Shown here: piece by piece, positions 30,013 to 39,501 of the stretch | Layout: every line of letters begins with the position of its first letter | Numbering within the stretch: position 1 is the stretch's first letter | Assembly (NCBI GenBank): GCA_042573625.1 | Contig: JBHPCZ010000002.1 | Span: 9,896-73,895, forward strand | Direction of reading: 5' to 3' | DNA from: Thermodesulfobacteriota bacterium | GTDB lineage: Bacteria; Desulfobacterota; Desulfobacteria; Desulfobacterales; UBA11574 | Length of the DNA stretch: 64,000 bases | Notes under the pieces: generated by a model | What the model was told of the DNA's origin: nothing | What the model saw: the letters and a program-made list of their open reading frames with translations, nothing else | Database searches by the model: none | Program-made: the position numbers and the translations under genes

Positions 30013-31593
30013 TTAATTTATTAAAACCGATTCGCCTGAATGCGGAACCATCGCTGAAAAACCTTCTTTTTCAAGGACCCTTTCAAAAGCAACGGATTGC
30101 GCCTCCTCACCATGGACAACGGCAATCTTTTTTATTCGCAAATTAGAAGATTTTAGAAATCGAATCATCTCCGTTTGATCACCATGCGCACTAAAACCGC
30201 CCAACTTTACAACATGCGCCTTTAGTGGATATTCTTTGTTTAAAAATTTCAGCATCGGCGCTGAACCTTTTCTGCCGGACCGCTCATATTCCATTCCCTG
30301 ATCCAGCATACGACGGCCGAGGGTATTTTCAGCCATATAGCCGACGATGAGAATCGTATGTCGCGGATTGTGGATTTTGTGACGCAGATGGTGCAAAACG
30401 CGCCCGGCTTCGCACATCCCTGAAGCCGAAATGACAACATGCGGTGTCTCATCGCGATTCAGCGCCATGGACTCCTCAACCGACCCGACAAAATGAACCT
30501 GGTCAAATGAAAACGGATTTTGACCGCGCTCGAGAAAAACCTCATGTGTTTCCCGGTCGTAAACTTCGGGATGCTCCCCAAAAACCTTGGTGATTCGCGT
30601 CGCCAGGGGACTGTCCACATATACCGGAACCCGCGGCACCTCGCCGGCATTATAGAGTTCGTGAAGCACATATAAAAGTTCTTGTGTTCGCCCGTAGGCA
30701 AATGCCGGTATGATCACACTTCCTCCCCTGTCTACCGTATCGTTGATTACCCTTTTCAATTCCGGCTTCATTTCCTGAACCGGCTCATGAAACCGATTCC
30801 CGTATGTGCTTTCCATAATCATCAAGTCGATGTCCCGATCTTCTTCTCTGAAGACCATCGCCGGGTCTCTGATAATCGGTTTGTTAAACCGGCCGATATC
30901 TCCGGTGTAGCAAATATTGTATGACCGGCCGTTTTTACTGATTTTAATAATGGAGATCGCTGAACCCAGGATATGTCCGGCTTCATAAAACACGCAGGTA
31001 GCGCCGGTTCCAATGGTTGCGGGGTGCCGGTACGGATAGCCGTCAAAGCAATCGAGTGCGGCCTGTGCGTCAGCCGTCGTATACAGCGGCTGAATCCCTT
31101 CCAGGTGATGTTCTTCAACCAGCTCGCTGATCCTCTCTGTATTGAGTCTATGCTTGCCCAGTTTTAGGCTTTCCTTTATTTTGGTGTTTGTTCCTTTTCC
31201 CGATCTTTTTTTCCGCGAAGATGTCTTCAAGTTTGACAGGTAAGAACGCACGGTCTTGTAATTGAGATAATCCGCGTCTGACTCCTGGATATGGGCACTG
31301 TCGTTCAAAAGATATTCGCACGCATCTTTTGTGGCGCGCGTGCAGATAACACGCCCGATAAAGTTGTTTTTGGTCAGCAACGGTATGCGACCTGAATGAT
31401 CGATATGGGCGTGAGAAAGTACAAGATTCGTAATGTTTTGCGGATCGAAAGGCAACACCTTGTTTTTTTGGGCGGTCTCTTTCCGGCGGCCCTGAAACAG
31501 GCCACAGTCGAGCAGTATCTGATCATTTTCATTACTCAATAGATGCATGGATCCGGTAACTTCTCGGACCGCGCCATAAAAGGTAATCTTCAT
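30013..31593 (-). CDS. MBL-fold metallo-hydrolase, beta-CASP RNA-metabolising family
   Basis: HAHIDHSG motif, beta-CASP insert, and C-terminal SAHGD motif. Confidence 0.85.
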   Translation of the reverse strand: MKITFYGAVREVTGSMHLLSNENDQILLDCGLFQGRRKETAQKNKVLPFDPQNITNLVLSHAHIDHSGRIPLLTKNNFIGRVICTRATKDACEYLLNDSAHIQESDADYLNYKTVRSYLSNLKTSSRKKRSGKGTNTKIKESLKLGKHRLNTERISELVEEHHLEGIQPLYTTADAQAALDCFDGYPYRHPATIGTGATCVFYEAGHILGSAISIIKISKNGRSYNICYTGDIGRFNKPIIRDPAMVFREEDRDIDLMIMESTYGNRFHEPVQEMKPELKRVINDTVDRGGSVIIPAFAYGRTQELLYVLHELYNAGEVPRVPVYVDSPLATRITKVFGEHPEVYDRETHEVFLERGQNPFSFDQVHFVGSVEESMALNRDETPHVVISASGMCEAGRVLHHLRHKIHNPRHTILIVGYMAENTLGRRMLDQGMEYERSGRKGSAPMLKFLNKEYPLKAHVVKLGGFSAHGDQTEMIRFLKSSNLRIKKIAVVHGEEAQSVAFERVLEKEGFSAMVPHSGESVLIN

Positions 31594-31646
31594 TTCAGGA
31601 CTCCTTCATTCGATTTCAAGTTTCGGTTAAACAAAAGTGTCGGATA

Positions 31647-32549
31647 TCAGCCCATAAAAAGACCTACAGCCAACATTACCGGCGTCAAGATATTGATGAC
31701 AACGTTTTTACCCATATACGGTATCAGGCTGGGTATGTCATCCGCATATCTTGCAACACCTTTCACTGTGGGCACGGCAATAACCACGGAAACAAGAGCC
31801 AACATGCCATGGGGTGGAAAAAGACCGAACAGGCAACCCATGACAATAGATGTATATGCACCTGCAAGGAATAATCCGTAAATGCTTACACAGCTCTTTC
31901 TCCCCTTTGTGATGGGAAGGTGTCGCCTTCCGATTCCTTTATCTGCTTCAACGTCCGGAAACTGATTGAGAAGCAGCAGATTGCTCACTAAAAAGAAGGG
32001 GACAAGGGATGCGACAAAGGAAGTCCATGAATATGAACCGGTAAGAACAAAATCAGTCCCCATCACCATTAACGGGCCAAACCCGAGTCCGGGAGCGATC
32101 AGACAGAGGAACGGGCTTCTGGTTAAGTACTTGGTATAGGCGACGATGGTAACCAGCCCCAGCAATCCCAGTGGCAGGAGCCACAGCCCCCTGATACACA
32201 GAAAGTATATGCCGATCAGGGAAGTAACCGCCAGGGTGAGAAGGCCGGAAACCCGTGCGATATGGGCCTGGTCAGGGTATTTGGGAAGCGTACCACTCCC
32301 TCCGCTGAATGGGGTCCGCTCTGTATGAAAGTCGAGACCGCTTTTAAAGTCATCGTATTCGTTGAGGGCATTCACGCTGACATGCGCGGATACTGCGCCA
32401 ACAAAAGCGAGCATCATGTAAAACAGGCTGATTTCACTGCCTGACCATACGGCCGTAGCTGTTCCCAGTAAGACACAGGCCGGTGTCAATACAAGAAATG
32501 GCAAGCGCATAGGGCCCCAGATTACTTTTCGGTCTTTACCATGCATCAT
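31647..32549 (-). CDS. UbiA-family aromatic prenyltransferase (MenA-like)
   Basis: About 8-9 TM helices, NEYDDFKSGLD first Asp-rich motif, and DVEADKGIGRRHLP second motif. Confidence 0.8.
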   Translation of the reverse strand: MMHGKDRKVIWGPMRLPFLVLTPACVLLGTATAVWSGSEISLFYMMLAFVGAVSAHVSVNALNEYDDFKSGLDFHTERTPFSGGSGTLPKYPDQAHIARVSGLLTLAVTSLIGIYFLCIRGLWLLPLGLLGLVTIVAYTKYLTRSPFLCLIAPGLGFGPLMVMGTDFVLTGSYSWTSFVASLVPFFLVSNLLLLNQFPDVEADKGIGRRHLPITKGRKSCVSIYGLFLAGAYTSIVMGCLFGLFPPHGMLALVSVVIAVPTVKGVARYADDIPSLIPYMGKNVVINILTPVMLAVGLFMG

Positions 32550-33244
32550 ATTTTGTTCCCCTGTTTTATAAGGATATCATGGGATTTGGGTCCGCAATTG
32601 AAAACAAGATCAAAGGCGGAAAGATTGGGAATAAACCCTCCCCAAAGTTGTGGATAGACCAAGGAGGGAGGGGTGAAATATTCAATTTGGATCTCTGCCG
32701 CCTGAAACAGGTCTGTGTCAAGATATTTTCCGGCAGCCTTCTGAGCCAGGAAACGGGACGCCCCCAGTTTCCGGCATATCTCGACAAGAAGCGGATTCCC
32801 TCTGGCGTGAGTCCTCAATTCAGACAGCAATATGACCTGGGTGTCAATACCCAAGGTCTTCATCAAGTATTCAACAATCTCCAGGTTCAAATCGATAAGC
32901 TTTTCAAATCCTGATGAAAACAGCGCCTCAACAAAGCTGACGTGATCCGAAAAGTATGGCGCGTTGGCATAGGCGTTCTTTAAGCTGTCAAGATGTTTCG
33001 TTGCCCAGCGGCCTTCACGACATATTCTGACTTCATTGATTTTTTGGAGCCCAAGACCCTTTTTCCAGACCGGAACCGTCATCAAGAGGGTCCCATGATC
33101 GTTTTTAAAACGGTTTCGGGTTATCCATGTTGTACCCCGTGGAAACTGAACTTCGTCAAGGAGTACAAGAACGTCCGAGCGAAGGGCTTTGTAAAAAAAA
33201 CCCGGAAATGGTGAAAAATAGGGTTGATTGGCAGATATTATCAT
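32546..33244 (-). CDS. WbqC family protein
   Basis: N-terminus ISANQPYFSPFPGFF..K....DVLVLLDEVQF is typical of PF08889. Its stop overlaps the UbiA start by 4 nt (ATGA). Confidence 0.75.
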   Translation of the reverse strand: MIISANQPYFSPFPGFFYKALRSDVLVLLDEVQFPRGTTWITRNRFKNDHGTLLMTVPVWKKGLGLQKINEVRICREGRWATKHLDSLKNAYANAPYFSDHVSFVEALFSSGFEKLIDLNLEIVEYLMKTLGIDTQVILLSELRTHARGNPLLVEICRKLGASRFLAQKAAGKYLDTDLFQAAEIQIEYFTPPSLVYPQLWGGFIPNLSAFDLVFNCGPKSHDILIKQGNKI

Positions 33245-33321
33245 TATCTAAAAATAAAGGCTCTTCTCCAGATGAGTTGTAGAACATCCTGCCTACAAGG
33301 CATACAAGTCTGTCTGGGGCA

Positions 33322-33497
33322 GGCAAGGGTTCGAGGGTTCAAGGATTCAAGGGGCCAAGTGTTTTTTTCTAACGATTTTATCAATATTTGAAGGCACAGA
33401 AACGGCGGATCTCTTATTTGAGATGTCAGACCATGCCTTTCTAATTTCTAAGCATTTCACTCGAATCCTTGAATCCTTGACCCCTTGTATCCTTAGG
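33322..33497. repeat. four-helix-bundle (23S IVS protein) gene relic bracketed by GGTTCAAGG-type inverted repeats
   Basis: Left arm GGCAAGGGTTCGAGGGTTCAAGGATTCAAGGGGCCAAGTG; right arm CACTCGAATCCTTGAATCCTTGACCCCTTGTATCCTTAGG. The minus strand of the interior encodes ..LQILIKSLEKNTWPLESLNPRTL, the usual C-terminus of this family. Confidence 0.7.
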
Positions 33498-33498
33498 A

Positions 33499-33915
33499 TC
33501 ACTCCAATTCTTTTGGAGATGATCCAATATAAACAATCTTGTGACCGTCTGATTCGAGAGTTTCGACAGCTCGTTTGAGATCCTGTTCTTTTACGAGCAA
33601 ATAATCCGTTTCATAGGTTGACAGGGCGAAAATTGGAATTTTGGCTTCTGCAAGGGGCCGGGACAATGCCGAGAGAATTCCGGTTTCAGATAAGTCCAAT
33701 GGGCCTTTTACCTGAAGACATCGCCATCCGCTGCTGCAGCGATGTGCTTTTGGAATATGCATTTCGTTACAAACAATGGATAACTCATCCGGTGTACGGG
33801 TGATGGAGAAAAAAGATGATTGATATACCCGCTCCGGAACCGAAGCCAAGGGATCGAGCCGGCAGATGCCGAATTTTTCATCCAAAACGGTCAAGCTAAA
33901 GGTTCTGTTTTGCAT
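33499..33915 (-). CDS. ACT domain-containing protein (ACT_7/CASTOR-like)
   Basis: Tandem small ACT-like halves (FSITRTPDELSIVC ... IPIFALSTYETDYLLV). Confidence 0.65.
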   Translation of the reverse strand: MQNRTFSLTVLDEKFGICRLDPLASVPERVYQSSFFSITRTPDELSIVCNEMHIPKAHRCSSGWRCLQVKGPLDLSETGILSALSRPLAEAKIPIFALSTYETDYLLVKEQDLKRAVETLESDGHKIVYIGSSPKELE

Positions 33916-34540
33916 TGCCGTCTATTTTCCTGTCTTCTTTTTCGTTCTTATCTACTAATGTCCAATCGACTTGGAATCCATCTTTAACGACTGAAGCGAT
34001 ATGCCCGTCAAAATAGAAATGTTCAATATGCCACTTTTTCTCCCTGTAGTCGATGATTAGATTATAATCGTCCTTAACCTTCGCTATGCGGCATTTTGAA
34101 AGGTCCCTGATTCCTATTCCCGAAGCTTTTAGCACCGATTCCTTGGATGTCCAGTATCGAAAAAAGAGCTGAGTCGGTTCCGTGTCTGAGAGACGCCATT
34201 CACGGTCATCGACCGTTTTTCTTAAAAGCGCTTCTGAGCAGGGGCGAATCTTTTCGATATCGATACCGATCCGTGTTGTCGCGATGACACCGCCCACATA
34301 ATCGGGTTTATGTGTAAGAGACCAGTAATTCCCGTTAAAGGGGACGGGAACCCCGTTTTCGTCCTTTAAAAGATCACCTAAAGGAATACGCTGCTTTCGG
34401 GCAGATATTTCAAGAGCGTTTCTGGCATGTTTGCTCAGAAATATGACGCTCTCCTTAACAGGAAGACACCTCTCTTTCTCGGGAACGGCAAGGATAACCG
34501 GATAAATAACCGGGGGTCGGGGTTTTTCCATATTACACAT
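33896..34540 (-). CDS. 4'-phosphopantetheinyl transferase (Sfp-type)
   Basis: GIDIEKI and WTSKESVLKASG motifs. Overlaps the ACT gene by 20 nt. Confidence 0.8.
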   Translation of the reverse strand: MCNMEKPRPPVIYPVILAVPEKERCLPVKESVIFLSKHARNALEISARKQRIPLGDLLKDENGVPVPFNGNYWSLTHKPDYVGGVIATTRIGIDIEKIRPCSEALLRKTVDDREWRLSDTEPTQLFFRYWTSKESVLKASGIGIRDLSKCRIAKVKDDYNLIIDYREKKWHIEHFYFDGHIASVVKDGFQVDWTLVDKNEKEDRKIDGNAKQNL

Positions 34541-34704
34541 TTTCTTTAACGGGATAATCCTTTTGAGACGAAACTTCGGCAGATTAATTTGAAAATCTGA
34601 TCTGCTCCCTTTCAGCCTTGAGCTTAGAACTCCTCTCTACTATACCTTTCGCATACTCCCTGCTCTATGCTCCCTGCTCCATGCACTCTGCGCCTTACGC
34701 TCTG

Positions 34705-35583
34705 CTATGCCTTGCGCGATGGACCCTGCATATTGCGCTTTAACTTTAAGGCCTCATCATATACCGTTTTTTTTGAGAGGCCATATTTTTTTGCGATTAT
34801 TTTTGCAATATCGGAAAGCCTGCTTCCGGGTGTTTCAAGTTCCTTTTTTATCTCTTTTCTAATGCTTTCCACGGCAACGGCTTCTTCTTGAAAGCCCGTT
34901 ACAAGCAAGGTACACTCACCTTTTACCGAAGGGCGTTCCTTTAGTGCATGAAGTATTTCCGTCAAAGAACCCCTGATAAATTCTTCGTGCAGTTTTGTCA
35001 TCTCCCGGGACAACACGCCGTACCGGTCTCCCATGATCGATATCATTTCATCCAAAAGGGTTAGAATACGACGCGGCGATTCATAAAATACAAGGGTCTT
35101 TTCTTCATTGGCCAGACGCTTTAATTGAGACAACCGCTTTTGCTTTTTTCTTGGCGGAAAACCGACAAAGACAAATGAATCCGTGGGCAGCCCGGCAACG
35201 CTGAGGGCAGCAATCGCGGCAGACACTCCCGGGACAGGTATAACCGGAATGCCGTTGTCGATGGCTGATTTTATAAGGGTATAGCCGGGATCGGACACAG
35301 ACGGTGTCCCTGCATTGGACACCAGTGCAACCGATGATCCTGAATGGAGTCGTTTGATCAGGCTCGATGTGCGCTCTTTCTCGTTGTGCTCGTGATAGGA
35401 AACAAGATTGGCTTTGATGCTGTGATATGAAAGAAATCTTCCGGTATGCCGTGTATCTTCTGCTGCAACAATATCGACTTCCCCCAGGATTCTTACGGCC
35501 CGCAGGGTGATGTCTTCCCGGTTCCCTATGGGGGTGGCCACAACGTAAAGTGTGCCGGGCTTGTTGCTGGTGTTTGACGGCAA
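34705..35583 (-). CDS. rsmI: 16S rRNA (cytidine1402-2'-O)-methyltransferase
   Basis: TLYVVATPIGNREDITLRA N-terminus, tetrapyrrole-methylase fold, and C-terminal HTH-like tail. Confidence 0.92.
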   Translation of the reverse strand: MPSNTSNKPGTLYVVATPIGNREDITLRAVRILGEVDIVAAEDTRHTGRFLSYHSIKANLVSYHEHNEKERTSSLIKRLHSGSSVALVSNAGTPSVSDPGYTLIKSAIDNGIPVIPVPGVSAAIAALSVAGLPTDSFVFVGFPPRKKQKRLSQLKRLANEEKTLVFYESPRRILTLLDEMISIMGDRYGVLSREMTKLHEEFIRGSLTEILHALKERPSVKGECTLLVTGFQEEAVAVESIRKEIKKELETPGSRLSDIAKIIAKKYGLSKKTVYDEALKLKRNMQGPSRKA

Positions 35584-35621
35584 AGTAGGTTACCTTATTG
35601 CTCCGGATAATTTATATTATC

Positions 35622-35993
35622 TTACGTATACGCGAGTTCAAAAGCATTTTTAACGATTTCTATTATTGAGTTGTCCTGGGTCAAGCTGATCGCCACAACG
35701 TCAAATCGAGCTTTGACATGATTCTGGTTTGTGGCTTTAAGATATTGCAGGGCGACTTTGGAAATTTTCCGCTGTTTTTTCGGCGTCACCGCTTCTTTGG
35801 GGTTGCCAAAACGATCAGAGCGTTTGGCTTTTACTTCCACAAAAACAAGCGTTCCTTTGTCCTTGGCAATGATGTCAATTTCCCCCAGCTTTGTGCGAAA
35901 ATTCCGTTCAAGAATTTTATATCCATTCTTTTTAAGATGCATGACGGCCATCGATTCGCTTTCTTTTCCAAATTGCTGTCGCTTGGTTGCCAT
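35622..35993 (-). CDS. yraN: YraN family (UPF0102) endonuclease-like protein
   Basis: GEIDIIA...LVFVEVK core. Conserved position next to rnhB and rsmI. Confidence 0.88.
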   Translation of the reverse strand: MATKRQQFGKESESMAVMHLKKNGYKILERNFRTKLGEIDIIAKDKGTLVFVEVKAKRSDRFGNPKEAVTPKKQRKISKVALQYLKATNQNHVKARFDVVAISLTQDNSIIEIVKNAFELAYT

Positions 35994-36031
35994 TTATTAT
36001 CGAATCCACTCAATTGTAACTAAAATATGGG

Positions 36032-36640
36032 TTAAAGATTTTCTTTGACCCCTTTGAAGGTTTTTCTGTGAATGGGACAGCATCCAAATTGTTGAATCGC
36101 CGCTTTGTGGGCTCGGGTTGGATACCCTTTGTGCCGGGAAAATCCAAACTGCGGATAGTCCTGGTCGTATCTCTCCATCAGCCGATCTCGGGTCACTTTT
36201 GCGACAATAGAGGCAGCTGCGATGGAAATACTGAGCGTATCGCCCTTGGGTATCGCTTCTTGTGGAATGTTTGAGGAAATCTTGAAGGTACCGTCGATGA
36301 GAAGACAATCCGGCTGCGGAACAAGATTTTCAACCGATATGGCCATGGAGAGAAGTGAGGCCTTAAGGATATTGATGCGATCGATTTCCGCCGGGTCTAT
36401 GATTCCGATGCCGATGGACACAGCATGTTCATAAATCTTTTCGTAAAAGTCAGCTCTCTTTTTAGGCGTTAGTTTTTTCGAATCGACACATCCGATAACC
36501 GGAAAAGAAGCTGGCAATATGACTGCCGCAGAAACAACCGGACCGGCCAGGGGGCCCCGACCGGCCTCATCAATGCCTGAAATTCTTGAAAAGCCTTTTT
36601 CAAAGGCTTTATTTTCAAATGCCCACAGGTCCGGTCCCAT
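36032..36640 (-). CDS. rnhB: ribonuclease HII
   Basis: GIDEAGRGPLAGPVV catalytic motif. Confidence 0.95.
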   Translation of the reverse strand: MGPDLWAFENKAFEKGFSRISGIDEAGRGPLAGPVVSAAVILPASFPVIGCVDSKKLTPKKRADFYEKIYEHAVSIGIGIIDPAEIDRINILKASLLSMAISVENLVPQPDCLLIDGTFKISSNIPQEAIPKGDTLSISIAAASIVAKVTRDRLMERYDQDYPQFGFSRHKGYPTRAHKAAIQQFGCCPIHRKTFKGVKENL

Positions 36641-36678
36641 GGAATCACTTTGGATAAAGTTTTAAAACCATTTCTTGT

Positions 36679-37032
36679 TTAGAAGCGACGTTCCTTTATC
36701 CTCGCGGCCTTGCCTCTGAGTTTTCGCAGATAGTAGATTTTTGAACGACGCACACGCCCCCTGCTGACAACTTCGATCTTGTCGATAATGGGTGAATGAA
36801 GCGGAAAAATACGCTCAACCCCTATACCGTATGAAACCTTCCGTACGGTAAACGTGGCATTCGTTGTCCCCTTGCGCTTGCTAATGACGACGCCCTGAAA
36901 AGCCTGAATACGTTCTTTTTCACCCTCTTTGATTTTGACGTGAACCTTAACCGTATCGCCAGCAGCAAAATCCGGCAGATCAAGCCGCATCATCTCTCTT
37001 TCCATTTGTTTAATCGTTTCCATAAAAATCAC
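36679..37032 (-). CDS. rplS: 50S ribosomal protein L19
   Basis: [27 protein letters not shown] signature. The start may be METIKQ at 37023. Confidence 0.96.
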   Translation of the reverse strand: MIFMETIKQMEREMMRLDLPDFAAGDTVKVHVKIKEGEKERIQAFQGVVISKRKGTTNATFTVRKVSYGIGVERIFPLHSPIIDKIEVVSRGRVRRSKIYYLRKLRGKAARIKERRF

Positions 37033-37090
37033 CCTGTTAATTTAGCAAAACAACCATTTTATCTTAAATGATTTTGCCAGAAAAATGTTC

Positions 37091-37666
37091 TTATCTTTCT
37101 CTACCCAATAATCTGTCCAGAATAATGGCTGAAGCAGATCTGACCGAAAGGTGGTTGTAATCTCCATTTCCCATGATCGGTTCAAGCAAATAATCGGCCC
37201 CGCGAATGAAACTTTCCGACAGTCCCCATGCCGTACCAAAAACCAGAAGGTATGATTTGCCTTCTTCCAGCATTTCACGAAACCGACCAAAGCTCAGGTT
37301 CCGGGAATCGTGATATGCGCTAGTAACAACAATCTTTAGCGATCTTTTTCCGTTTCTGCAGATATGATCAACAACTTCATCCAATGAACTTTTTATGCGA
37401 ATTAGCTCTAATGCCTCACGCCTCTTTGGATTGTAGATTGAGCCTTTTCCGCTCGTCCAATGGTTAACAATCCTGTCCACCAGCACTTTCTGATCCACAA
37501 GAGGGGTAACCACATAGAATGCGGGTATCCCGTATGTTTTTGCGACCCTGGACATATCGTGTAGATCGAGGTTCGTCACGGCAGATGCGACAATGTCGCC
37601 GTTCTTATTGATCACCGGATAATGCGTCAGAGCCACGTAAAGATTGGGTGTGTATGATCTTTTCAA
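37091..37666 (-). CDS. SAM-dependent RNA methyltransferase (Methyltrn_RNA_4/DUF2168-like)
   Basis: YVALTHYPVINKNGDIVASAVTNLDLHDMSRVAKTYGI is typical of this family. TTG start at 37666, or GTG at 37636. Either start overlaps the trmD 3' end. Confidence 0.7.
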   Translation of the reverse strand: MKRSYTPNLYVALTHYPVINKNGDIVASAVTNLDLHDMSRVAKTYGIPAFYVVTPLVDQKVLVDRIVNHWTSGKGSIYNPKRREALELIRIKSSLDEVVDHICRNGKRSLKIVVTSAYHDSRNLSFGRFREMLEEGKSYLLVFGTAWGLSESFIRGADYLLEPIMGNGDYNHLSVRSASAIILDRLLGRER

Positions 37667-38393
37667 TATCGAGACACCACTTTTTCAGAACTTCAATCTC
37701 CTGACTGCTCAAATGCCTGTTTTCGAGCAAATCCCTTCTTTTCAGAAAGGTGCGTATTAACGACGACTCAAGCCGCCATTTTTCAATTTCACCATGGTTT
37801 CCTGACAGCAGGATTTCAGGAACCTCTTCATCTTCAAAAATTCGAGGTCTTGTATAGTGTGCATGTTCTAAAAGGCTGTCTGAGAACGAGTCCTTCTCAG
37901 CCGAATCCACACCGCCAAGTGCGCCGGGGATCAACCGGGTAACGGTATCGATGATGACCATGGCGGCCAGTTCACCCCCTGTCAAGACATAATCACCTAT
38001 AGAAACTTCATAATCTATTAAGTCGTGACAAATACGTTCATCAACACCTTCGTAGCGGCCACAAACCAGATTGAGCCCGGCAAATGACGCCAGTTCACCG
38101 GCCATATCCTGGTCGAATCTTTGTCCCTGAGGTGTCAGCAGGATCGTTTTTGACAAAGGCGACCCGTTTGCCGCGGTCCGAATTGCCCTTGCCAGAGGCT
38201 CCGGCTTCATAACCATTCCACATCCGCCGCCATAAGGCCTGTCATCGGTAACCCGGTGCTTGCCTTTGGCAAAGGTTCTGATATTGACGGCTGAAGCGGT
38301 TATTTTATTTTGGCCGATCGCCCTTCTGATAATCCCGTGCTCCCAAAATGGTTCAAACATTTCCGGGAATATGGTCAGGACAACAAAGTTCAT
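37605..38393 (-). CDS. trmD: tRNA (guanine37-N1)-methyltransferase
   Basis: VLTIFPEMF, GRYEGVDER and IGDYVLTGGE motifs. Confidence 0.96.
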   Translation of the reverse strand: MNFVVLTIFPEMFEPFWEHGIIRRAIGQNKITASAVNIRTFAKGKHRVTDDRPYGGGCGMVMKPEPLARAIRTAANGSPLSKTILLTPQGQRFDQDMAGELASFAGLNLVCGRYEGVDERICHDLIDYEVSIGDYVLTGGELAAMVIIDTVTRLIPGALGGVDSAEKDSFSDSLLEHAHYTRPRIFEDEEVPEILLSGNHGEIEKWRLESSLIRTFLKRRDLLENRHLSSQEIEVLKKWCLDIEKIIHTQSLRGSDALSGDQ

Positions 38394-38433
38394 ATAACGA
38401 CTCTGAAATTCTATCCTATCAAATCAAACCGGT

Positions 38434-38955
38434 TCACAACCCATCCGGCAAATCCACCCGCATGGTTTTATCCTTGAGGTCAATTTCGAGAACCACCGAT
38501 TCAAGTACCGGAATCAGTACCTCATTATCCTTATCTCTGTTCGGGTCTTTCACAACCAGAACGTCGTTGCTCCCTGTGGAAATTATCGATTTCACGCGAC
38601 CGACGTACTGATCATCTGTCGTGAAAACAGAAATGCCGATAATATCGTACCAGTAGTATGACCCCTCTTCCAGCTCGGGAAGATTCCTCTTTTCAATAAA
38701 AAGCTCCGAACCAACAAGCGTTTCAGCAAAACTAAGAGATGTTATCCCTTTCAGGGACATGAGCGTAATCTGCTTGTGGGGCTTTGCCCATTTTATCGTA
38801 TATGCCTTCTCCCGTCCTTTTGTACTTCTCACCAGAATCAAGCTGTCTGTTCTGAATACCGAAGCTGATTCAGCATAGGAATAGACCTTGACATATCCTT
38901 TTAAGCCGTGGGTGCCAACAATCTTACCAATGAGAAGCAAATCATTTTTCTTCAC
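38434..38955 (-). CDS. rimM: 16S rRNA processing protein RimM
   Basis: IGKIVGTHGLKGYVKV N-terminus and PRC barrel C-terminus. Operon position. Confidence 0.93.
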   Translation of the reverse strand: MKKNDLLLIGKIVGTHGLKGYVKVYSYAESASVFRTDSLILVRSTKGREKAYTIKWAKPHKQITLMSLKGITSLSFAETLVGSELFIEKRNLPELEEGSYYWYDIIGISVFTTDDQYVGRVKSIISTGSNDVLVVKDPNRDKDNEVLIPVLESVVLEIDLKDKTMRVDLPDGL

Positions 38956-38959
38956 GAAA

Positions 38960-39190
38960 CTATTCTATAATCTCAAGGACCGTCCGTTTTTTTAACTTCG
39001 CAGAAGATGCGCTGAGTATGGTCCGCATGGATCGTGCAGTTCGACCCTGTTTGCCGATAACCTTCCCCAGATCCTCTTTAGCCACTTTAAGTTCTAATAC
39101 CGAAGTCTGGTTACCCTCCACCTCTGTTACTTTTACCTGCTCCGGATGGTCAACAAGTGCCTGGGCAATGTAAGTAATCAGATCTTTCAT
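38960..39190 (-). CDS. KH domain RNA-binding protein (YlqC-like)
   Basis: [15 protein letters not shown] loop. Conserved slot between rpsP and rimM. Confidence 0.9.
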   Translation of the reverse strand: MKDLITYIAQALVDHPEQVKVTEVEGNQTSVLELKVAKEDLGKVIGKQGRTARSMRTILSASSAKLKKRTVLEIIE

Positions 39191-39234
39191 AGCTCCATCT
39201 CCTTTGTTGGCTGTTGAACCTCGGGGTAAAGATG

Positions 39235-39489
39235 CTAGGCAAAGTTAGCAAAAAAATTTTCTTTTTTCAAAAGGCTTTTTACAGTATCCGTAGGAATGGC
39301 GCCTTGATCCATCCAGTACTTGATCCGCTCTCCCTTCAGCGAAACTTCGGCGGGCTCCTTCAAGGGGTTGTATGTACCGACTGCCTCCAGAAATTTTCCG
39401 TCCCTAGGGGATTCAAGGTCGGCGACAACAATTCGATAAAAAGGTTTTTTCTTTGCACCATGCCTGGCTAATCTGATTTTTACTGACAT
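39235..39489 (-). CDS. rpsP: 30S ribosomal protein S16
   Basis: [24 protein letters not shown] signature. Confidence 0.97.
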   Translation of the reverse strand: MSVKIRLARHGAKKKPFYRIVVADLESPRDGKFLEAVGTYNPLKEPAEVSLKGERIKYWMDQGAIPTDTVKSLLKKENFFANFA

Positions 39490-39501
39490 ATACGGTCTCC
39501 T

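Noticed and set aside
33322-33361. Possible CRISPR-like array from the reiterated GGTTCAAGG / GGATTCAAGG words (also 42078-42114)
   Set aside because: The units are 9-10 nt, contiguous with no spacers, and occur as inverted arms around gene relics. No cas genes are present.
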